This document shows positions 57,141 through 64,000 of a stretch of DNA of 64,000 bases, in pieces (position 1 is the first letter of the stretch; every line of letters starts with the position of its first letter). The stretch lies in NCBI GenBank assembly GCA_963801355.1, contig CAWDEM010000008.1, forward strand, positions 512,001 to 576,000. The letters run 5' to 3'. The notes beneath the pieces were generated by a model that saw only the letters and a list, made by a program, of their open reading frames with translations, was not told where the DNA came from and searched no databases. Source of the stretch: Ignavibacteriota bacterium. GTDB taxonomy: Bacteria > Bacteroidota > Ignavibacteria > UBA10030 > UBA6906. The position numbers and the translations under genes were made by a program.

Positions 57141-58682
57141 CTATCGTAGCAGTGGTGTCGACGCATCTCTCAGATCGATGTACAGTACCGTTCCCTTTCC
57201 CTTCCCGGAATCGCTTGAACCCTCTTGAACCTGAGGGGGCCCGCCTCCCCGCATCGTGAGCGTAGTGTCGCGGAACCACAACCGCACCGCCCGGCTGCCT
57301 CCCAGGGCGTCGGGAGGGACGCCGTCGACGATGATAGTGGTTCCGGGCGACAGCCGGCCTTGACGGGCCGCAAGGCTGTCATGGATTGCTTCCACTGCTG
57401 CAGCCCTTTTGATCAGGTGGAAATAGCCATCATTGATCATCATCTGTCGCAATCCGAGCGAAAACATGCGTTCCACGTAGAGTGTGTTGGCAATAGCAAT
57501 GGCCGCCAATGCGAGGCCCGCCACGACGGCAACCCGCTTTTGAGCAAGCGGTGCTGTGATTTCTATAAGCATGATTGCCACCAGCAGAGATGTCGGGACG
57601 AGCGCATGGACTGCGTAGTATCGAGCCGATTGGTTCTTCAAGAGGAGTACCGGAGCGAGTGCCAGCAGGACCCAGCCGAGGAGAAACATCACGCGCAAGA
57701 GCGGAACCTTTCCTGGCGTGTGGTAGCGGGAGATTCCCCAGCCACAAAGCACCAGGAGTATCACCACAATGACAGGGCCAGCGGGTACGTGCGATTCCAA
57801 CACAGGGGCGAAGGCGGAGGCAATCCACTGTGCATACGCGGAGGCATGTCCGGCGACTGTCGACCAAGAGGCCTCCATGGCGTGGCCGGAGTCCCGCGGT
57901 GCCGCGAACGGTGAGGGGCCAAGGAGCTTTACGCAAGCATAGAGCACCGTGACAGCGGCATGATAGGCAAGGTCCCTCGCAGGGCGCTTCACCAGCAGAG
58001 TCCAGCAGACGAAGAGCAACGGGAGAAAAGCTGCCGCTTCCTTCATCAGCAGCGCGAAGAGCATCAGTGCTGCAGAGCTCTTCATGTGGCCATGCATGAA
58101 GAGTGCCAGGCTCAATAATCCGAACGTCATCGCACCGACGTCGTAGATACCCACGAGCCAGAGAAAGCAGTCAAGATGGAGAGACACAAGCGCAATAAAG
58201 ATCCCGCCGGCCACGATGCCGACGATTCTTTTCCCGGTGATCAGCGTGCCGATCCACGCAACGAGTGTCCCGTTCACTGCATGCAGGAACAGCGCGACAC
58301 TATGGAACCCGAGAGGATTGAGGCCGAACACTCCGTAGATCGCGGCGAAGTACAGCCATGCGAACGGCCGGTAGACAAGGGCAACTCCGGGATCGAAGTG
58401 ACGCAGGAGGGTGTTGAGGGTGCCCGAAGTTGCGAGTTCGTCAAGGACGAGCCAGTCGTCGTACACGAAGCTGGTGAGAAGCGTGCGCCAGTAGAGGGCA
58501 ACGGTAAGGAGAAGGAATCCGCATACGACGATCAGCAGGCCGGGCATGGACCATGGTGATTCCCCTGCGCTGCCGGAGCGCATCGACTGCTCATCCTTCA
58601 TCGGGAGTGGAGTGGGTTCGTCATACATATCGAAGAAGTTGATCGTCGCGTTCAGCGTGTGGAGCCATGTAGAGCGCGACAC
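57141..58682 (-). CDS. GT-C-like polytopic membrane protein (start uncertain)
   Basis: FVYDDW after TM1, YRPF, FGLNPLGFH...LHAVN and LLMKEAA motifs; many TM helices. Confidence 0.7.
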   Translation of the reverse strand: MSRSTWLHTLNATINFFDMYDEPTPLPMKDEQSMRSGSAGESPWSMPGLLIVVCGFLLLTVALYWRTLLTSFVYDDWLVLDELATSGTLNTLLRHFDPGVALVYRPFAWLYFAAIYGVFGLNPLGFHSVALFLHAVNGTLVAWIGTLITGKRIVGIVAGGIFIALVSLHLDCFLWLVGIYDVGAMTFGLLSLALFMHGHMKSSAALMLFALLMKEAAAFLPLLFVCWTLLVKRPARDLAYHAAVTVLYACVKLLGPSPFAAPRDSGHAMEASWSTVAGHASAYAQWIASAFAPVLESHVPAGPVIVVILLVLCGWGISRYHTPGKVPLLRVMFLLGWVLLALAPVLLLKNQSARYYAVHALVPTSLLVAIMLIEITAPLAQKRVAVVAGLALAAIAIANTLYVERMFSLGLRQMMINDGYFHLIKRAAAVEAIHDSLAARQGRLSPGTTIIVDGVPPDALGGSRAVRLWFRDTTLTMRGGGPPQVQEGSSDSGKGKGTVLYIDLRDASTPLLR

Positions 58683-58694
58683 ATGAAGAAATTC

Positions 58695-60839
58695 CTAACG
58701 GATGATGATCAACTTCTCATATGACGTCTCACCCTTAGCGTACCCCTTGCCTGTGACGGGATCAGTATAGTCCGCCGTGACGGTGAAATGCACGATGTAG
58801 ACCCCGCTCACCACCACCTGCCGGGAGGAGGAAAGTGAGTTCCACGTCTCGTCGCCGCTGCCGTTTTCGTGTTCAATCTGGTTGATCAGATCCCCATTGT
58901 CCGAATAAATCCTGATCGTGCAGTGTCCGGGGATGTTCAGGAACATGATTTTGTCCGGTTCGCCGGGATACTGCATGCCGGGAGAAGCGATGTTGTACGG
59001 GTTTGGCACAATGCGGATCGACGACAGGGCCTCTCCGGCCTTCCGCCGCAAATACGCGGGCTGGTTGGTTCGCGTGTAGAACCGATTGCTCACGAGTTGT
59101 CCGGTCGGATTCGGTCCTCCGGTGGCATTGTCGCTGCCGTCAGTGAATGCACTGACGTAGTAGTAGTACGAGACGCCCCGCTGGGCTGTGATGTCGTCGA
59201 ACGATGTGTTGCCCGGACCAAGACTGGCAATCTCCTGGAATGTTGTATCGGTTTTCCCGGTCGCGCGGAACACTTTGTATCCGCCGAATGCGGGATTCTT
59301 CTCGGAGGCACTTGGGACCCAGGAGAGGCTGATGCGATCGCCGCCGGAGGTCACCGAGAACTGTGCCGGCGGCAACGGCGCCGCCGGAATCCGGTAGCCG
59401 AGGTCATAGTTGCGTTTCGCACGGCTGAATGTCGACATGATTGAATCCCTGCCGGTGTAGACCCATGCGTCCTTGAATGCATCCTTGTCCTGGGTCGTTG
59501 TGCCGTTGGGCAGGGTGAAAGGACCCTTGAACGTTGGATCGTCGAACGCTTTCTTCCAGAGTCCGCCCACCTCGTAACATCTCGCACGGTTCAATCCCGA
59601 CACTCCCTCCGCCATGACGATCACCACGCTGTCGCCCGGGGCCAGATCGTACGGTCCGAAATTCATCCAGAGGTTTGTCCCGCCGCCGTCGCCGTGGACA
59701 TTCCAGGGGTCGGGTTTTGTGGCCATGTACTTCTCATCCATGCGTTCGCTGGCACTTCCCAGCCCCTTGTACGGCATTCCGCTCAACATTTTGTACATGT
59801 CGACATGGAGCGGCAGCGTACCGTACGTCATGTCGCCAAGGGCCGGATACGTATCACCGGCGTGCCAGCCAAGGGTGTTCGGCTGCGCTGGGTCGTCACT
59901 CCTGTCACTTGTGCTTTTGTCCACATGAAGGACGACGATTCCTGCGAACTGCGGGGCGCGAAGCCGGCCGTCTCCGGTCCGGTATGGGCCGCCGATGTTG
60001 TTGAAGGTGTTCACCGCCGATTGGCCCGCCCAGCAGTATCCTGCGCGGAGCCACTGAGGAATCCCGCTGGACTCGGTCAGAACATCACTGGCGTGCTGGA
60101 GGTAGTCTTCGCCGCGCCTGGTCACCCAGGTGTGCTTGCCATAATCCTGGCCGTCGGCAATACTGAAGGCTCCTTCACGGCACACACTGTAGCGGATGCC
60201 GAAACCGAACCGGAACCCCTTCACCGTGGCATTCCGGCTCTGCTGGTTCGTGGCGCTGGTGTAGCCGGTGTTCTTGAAGATGAACTCCTTGATGAAATAG
60301 TTGTCATGCCACTGCTGGCTGAATGCGAGAATGCGACGGGTCATCGTTACGCCCATGGAGGTGTTCACCACATTCGTGACGATACGGTCCGGGATCTGAT
60401 TCGGGTCGAGTTCATCGATTTCCCCCCGGTAGGCGGCGCTGATGTCGGTTCCGTCGACGAACAACAGGGGCAGGTCGATCTTCGCTGTCTGTTTGTTAAC
60501 CATGGGAAACACCGCAATGCCTGCCATCGCCGCCGTGTAGGGAACGCAGTAGTTTTCCCAGGTCTGTGCCTTGCCGTCGATGAAGTCCTGGCATCCGATC
60601 CATTGGCGCTCGATCACAGAATTATCAGTGTAGTTGTAGTCGGCCGGCCACATGAGGCCTTCATAGTAGACATCGTTCCACGCCCGCTCCGATCCGTACG
60701 CGGTGAAGCGGCTCTGGAGCGTTCCGATCCGCACGTACCGTTTCTGAGACTCCGGCACCTGGGCCGATGAGGGAATCATGGAGGAGAGCACGCAGGCTGC
60801 AACGGCGAGTACGAGATAGAACCGATGGATGGAGTACAT
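58695..60839 (-). CDS. secreted protein with FN3 domain and PNPY-type C-terminal sorting-like domain, partner of the TonB receptor
   Basis: Signal peptide; FN3 (ISLSW...GYKVFR...FDD...YYYYVSAF); IRIVPNPY...IMFLNIPGHCTIRIY...SGVYI...KLIIIR. Confidence 0.78.
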   Translation of the reverse strand: MYSIHRFYLVLAVAACVLSSMIPSSAQVPESQKRYVRIGTLQSRFTAYGSERAWNDVYYEGLMWPADYNYTDNSVIERQWIGCQDFIDGKAQTWENYCVPYTAAMAGIAVFPMVNKQTAKIDLPLLFVDGTDISAAYRGEIDELDPNQIPDRIVTNVVNTSMGVTMTRRILAFSQQWHDNYFIKEFIFKNTGYTSATNQQSRNATVKGFRFGFGIRYSVCREGAFSIADGQDYGKHTWVTRRGEDYLQHASDVLTESSGIPQWLRAGYCWAGQSAVNTFNNIGGPYRTGDGRLRAPQFAGIVVLHVDKSTSDRSDDPAQPNTLGWHAGDTYPALGDMTYGTLPLHVDMYKMLSGMPYKGLGSASERMDEKYMATKPDPWNVHGDGGGTNLWMNFGPYDLAPGDSVVIVMAEGVSGLNRARCYEVGGLWKKAFDDPTFKGPFTLPNGTTTQDKDAFKDAWVYTGRDSIMSTFSRAKRNYDLGYRIPAAPLPPAQFSVTSGGDRISLSWVPSASEKNPAFGGYKVFRATGKTDTTFQEIASLGPGNTSFDDITAQRGVSYYYYVSAFTDGSDNATGGPNPTGQLVSNRFYTRTNQPAYLRRKAGEALSSIRIVPNPYNIASPGMQYPGEPDKIMFLNIPGHCTIRIYSDNGDLINQIEHENGSGDETWNSLSSSRQVVVSGVYIVHFTVTADYTDPVTGKGYAKGETSYEKLIIIR

Positions 60840-60900
60840 CGTGATTCTCCCTGTGTTCATTTCAAGAAGCCGGCGCAATGGTTCCGGACACGGCACGGTG

Positions 60901-63900
60901 TCAGAAGCTCACTCTGACACCGAATACCCAGTTGCGCGGATTCAGGTACGTCAACGAGGTGATGTTCGGCATGTCGATGTACGACTTCCTGTTCTTGCGC
61001 TCCTGATTTCTGGCGCTGATCGTCGGGTCATTGTTTGGATTCGGTTCGAGCGGATCGTACGCGACATCGTCAGGACGGTACTCGCCGATCCGGTCGTCGC
61101 CTTTCTTGTCACCCTCCATCCAGTCGAAGCAGAGCGATGCAAGATAGTCCTGGTAATCGTACGAATCTGCAAAGCCGGCATAGTTGAGCAATTTGATGTT
61201 GAACAGGTTCTGCACGTCCATGTACAGCTGCACATCAAACCCGTAGAGCACCAGGGTTTTCATGAGGCGCATATCGACGTTAAAGTTGTCGCTCCACTGG
61301 ACGTTGTCGACCACGCCGGGGATCGAATTGGGATTGTAGGTGGCATAGCTTCCGGCCTGCCAGCGGGCGAGAATGTTCAGGCTCCATCCCTCGAGGGGCT
61401 TGATGCCCAGGACTGTCGGACCGAATTCCTGCGGCGAACGGAGCGTGATGTTTGCCCGTGCGTACGGCTGCGGATGCGGTTTGGTCTGGTACGGATTCAG
61501 CTGCAGATACGCGCGCTGCTTGCTCACATCCTGGTAGTAGGACGTAAGATCGAAGTATCCCGACGATTGAACGTCATAGGTGTAGTTGATGAAGCCCCCG
61601 ATCCACGAGCCGGGGACTTTCGTCAGCGTGACTTCAAATCCCCGGATGTCGGCATAATTGTTGCTCGATGCCTCGTAGTAGTGCACGGAGGTGTTGATGT
61701 TCTGATAGTAGATCCAGCCGGGTTGATGGGTCACGTCTTTGTAGTATGCCGCGATGTTCACCAGCAGCTCGTTCATCACATTCTGTTCGAAACCGAGTTC
61801 GTAGGAGATGGTCTTCTCCATCTCCATGTTCGGGTTGCCCAGATACGTCACCAGGCCGTTCGATTCACGCTGCAGCCGGAAACGCATCGACGAGGACGGC
61901 TCGGACACAAAGTGGCCGTAGTTGAAATAGAGCTTCGAATCCTCGGTGATAGGGTGCGAGATCCCGATGCGGGGACTGATATAGGTCTGCGACTGGGACT
62001 TCTCCTTCGGAGCCGCCCGTTCAATCGTATTGCCGAGGCCCTGGCTGAAGAAGAGATCGTACGTGCCGAGGTTCAGATATTCGTTGTTGGGGTTCGAGTA
62101 GTCGAGGCGCACACCAATGTTTGCGATGAACCCCTGAAACTCGAGCTTGTCCTGAATGAACCCGCCAAGCCTGTACGGATACACGTGGTAGATCATGCTC
62201 CGTGTCCAGGTTGACATCGAAGGACTGTACGTCCCCGAGTTGATGTCGAGATCGTCATACGTAAACTGGAAGCCCGCCTTGAATTGATTGTTCATGTCGA
62301 ACTGCGTCGTCAGGTCTGCACGCAAGCTGGTGGTCGAGTTCACACTCTCGTCGCGTCCCAGGTTCATCCATCCGCCGGTGCTCATCACGCCGTCAATTGC
62401 TCCCGTGCTGTAGCCCCAGTAGCCGTACGGAGCCTCATCCACGAAGTATCCGGGCACCGGTTCGTACACTTTCGATGTGTCGCGCAAGGGCGATTGGTGC
62501 ACGCTGTAGCGGCTCTGGTTCCGCTGCACCGCAACCTCATACAGGGTCGTCGGGCTCAGCATGTGGGTCAGCGTCGCGCCAATCGTGTACCGATACACGG
62601 AGCTCGGACTGAAGTAGTCCGGCATGTACAAAATATTCATGCCGGCGGTGCTGCTCAGGAGATCTGCAACCTCCGACTGACTCCGCAGAACATAGCCGGT
62701 CGGCGCTGTTGTCCAGTCGAACGGGGACACGGAGTACTGCTCTCCATAGAGGCCGAGGACGACAAGCTTCATGGTGGGGGTAATGTCGGCAGTGAGCTTC
62801 AGTTGGGTGTGGTTCTCGGTGTAGGCATCTCTCGAGAGCGGGACGACGAACATGTCGCGCTGGTTGAAATGCGAGAGATAGAATCGCAGGTTTCCCAGCT
62901 CTTCGCTGATAAAAGGAAGCGGCCCGCCAACGCCGGCGTCAATGACATAGTCCGGTTTGGTGATATCGCCCGCACGCCGGCGCTGCCACTGCCAGAGTTG
63001 TCGAGCGCCTTCAGGCGTGAGGTCATTCTTCGGGTCTTTGTCCTGCATGGTGGCCAGCGACACCGCGTTCCATCCCTGAAAGTATGGATACTGATGCTGG
63101 GTGTACTGATCCCAGCCACCGTTCTTCGTGCCCACCCAGCACACCGCCTCATCTGTATAGGGGCGGTTGAAATAGGACCCCGGATCGTAGAGCGACATCC
63201 CGAAGTGCTTTGCTGCAGGCGGTCTGTAGCTGACATTGACCATACCGCTGTAGCGGGAGCGGTCCCCTTCCTTCGTAACGATGTTCACCACGCCGGAACG
63301 GACGTTACCGTACTCGGCATTGAAGCCGCCGGTCTGCACCTGCAACTCTTTCGTCGCCGACAAACCAACGGCGGCATAGGGGATATTGGTCCGCTCGTCG
63401 TTGAGAATGTAGCCGTCCACAACAAAGATGGTCTGGTTCGTCCCGCCTCCGCGAATGACGATACCGTCGCTTCCCTGCTCGATTCCTGCCTGCAGCGCGA
63501 GAACCGACGTCACCGTCTGTACGGGCATGGTCTCGACGTTTTTCGACTCGATGTTGAACCGGCTCGCCGAAACGTCCTTCGTCACCACCGGGCGCTGGGC
63601 GGTGACAATAACCTCCCCCGTTTCGATCGTCGTGCTCTTCAGTTGCTGATTGATGGTCGACGTCAGTTCCATCACCACCCTCACGTTTTCCACTCTGGTC
63701 TTCGTATAGCCGACCAGACTGAATTGGACCGTGTACGTACCCGGAGGGACATTGAGAATGGAATAGTAGCCGTCGACATTTGTCGAGGCCCCCATCAACG
63801 TTCCCGTGATGGTAACACCGACCCCGGGAAGCGGTTGGCCGTTTTCCGTATCGGTGACGCGCCCGGCAATCTTGCCGTTGGGTCCGGCAAGGGCGGGCAG

Positions 63901-63948
63901 GGAAATGCACAAGAGGACTATCAGTGCCGACACTATGACCTTCCTCAT
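60901..63948 (-). CDS. TonB-dependent receptor with N-terminal carboxypeptidase-regulatory-like domain
   Basis: GKIAGRVTD...PLPG, plug IRGG and GGFNAEYGNVRSGVVNIVTKEG, SPRIGISHPI, terminal Phe (GVRVSF); AGGAG RBS. Confidence 0.92.
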   Translation of the reverse strand: MRKVIVSALIVLLCISLPALAGPNGKIAGRVTDTENGQPLPGVGVTITGTLMGASTNVDGYYSILNVPPGTYTVQFSLVGYTKTRVENVRVVMELTSTINQQLKSTTIETGEVIVTAQRPVVTKDVSASRFNIESKNVETMPVQTVTSVLALQAGIEQGSDGIVIRGGGTNQTIFVVDGYILNDERTNIPYAAVGLSATKELQVQTGGFNAEYGNVRSGVVNIVTKEGDRSRYSGMVNVSYRPPAAKHFGMSLYDPGSYFNRPYTDEAVCWVGTKNGGWDQYTQHQYPYFQGWNAVSLATMQDKDPKNDLTPEGARQLWQWQRRRAGDITKPDYVIDAGVGGPLPFISEELGNLRFYLSHFNQRDMFVVPLSRDAYTENHTQLKLTADITPTMKLVVLGLYGEQYSVSPFDWTTAPTGYVLRSQSEVADLLSSTAGMNILYMPDYFSPSSVYRYTIGATLTHMLSPTTLYEVAVQRNQSRYSVHQSPLRDTSKVYEPVPGYFVDEAPYGYWGYSTGAIDGVMSTGGWMNLGRDESVNSTTSLRADLTTQFDMNNQFKAGFQFTYDDLDINSGTYSPSMSTWTRSMIYHVYPYRLGGFIQDKLEFQGFIANIGVRLDYSNPNNEYLNLGTYDLFFSQGLGNTIERAAPKEKSQSQTYISPRIGISHPITEDSKLYFNYGHFVSEPSSSMRFRLQRESNGLVTYLGNPNMEMEKTISYELGFEQNVMNELLVNIAAYYKDVTHQPGWIYYQNINTSVHYYEASSNNYADIRGFEVTLTKVPGSWIGGFINYTYDVQSSGYFDLTSYYQDVSKQRAYLQLNPYQTKPHPQPYARANITLRSPQEFGPTVLGIKPLEGWSLNILARWQAGSYATYNPNSIPGVVDNVQWSDNFNVDMRLMKTLVLYGFDVQLYMDVQNLFNIKLLNYAGFADSYDYQDYLASLCFDWMEGDKKGDDRIGEYRPDDVAYDPLEPNPNNDPTISARNQERKNRKSYIDMPNITSLTYLNPRNWVFGVRVSF

Positions 63949-64000
63949 GGTTGCGCTCCTCTAGGACAAAAACTCAATGATTGACATCCCATTCTTCAGT

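Noticed and set aside
59694-63984. Long plus-strand ORFs (358, 461 and 566 aa) opposite the TonB receptor and its partner
   Set aside because: These are antisense shadows of GC-biased coding sequence: V/D/H/R-rich with no motifs, and they fully overlap well-supported genes.

Overview
A GC-rich (roughly 60% by eye) bacterial chromosomal window. It most resembles an FCB-group organism of the Ignavibacteria/Chlorobi type, judged from several QNYPNPFNPST T9SS-type domains, a TonB receptor, the ADYNYALAA tmRNA tag and canonical TTGACA/TAnAAT promoters. It holds about 42 CDS, the 5' part of tmRNA and tRNA-Arg(TCG). I saw no CRISPR array, integrase, transposase or prophage. Ordinary content includes CAZymes (GH51, GH127, GH106-like, GH35, heparinase II/III), cysE, ldh, a zinc ADH, a CapD-like dehydratase, GT-C membrane proteins and a TolC-MFP-RND pump whose RND gene is split by a +1 frameshift. 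The most interesting items are five. (1) A tightly coupled four-gene minus-strand unit encodes a coiled-coil protein, a membrane protein with a roadblock/longin-like domain plus BON and OmpA domains, a stand-alone Rab-like small GTPase and a PAS-PAS sigma54 activator; a candidate -24/-12 promoter lies nearby. (2) A DNase I-like (EEP) catalytic domain is fused to an Omp85 barrel, like a type Vd secretion protein. (3) A speB / DHS-like / ODC polyamine cluster. (4) An M19 dipeptidase carries an internal T9SS-CTD-like domain. (5) The same 16-bp palindrome, within heptamer-periodic DNA, sits inside two T9SS CTD coding regions. All protein family calls come from motif recognition only; no searches were run. 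Where start coordinates differ from the ORF track, they are my RBS/signal-peptide-based choices.
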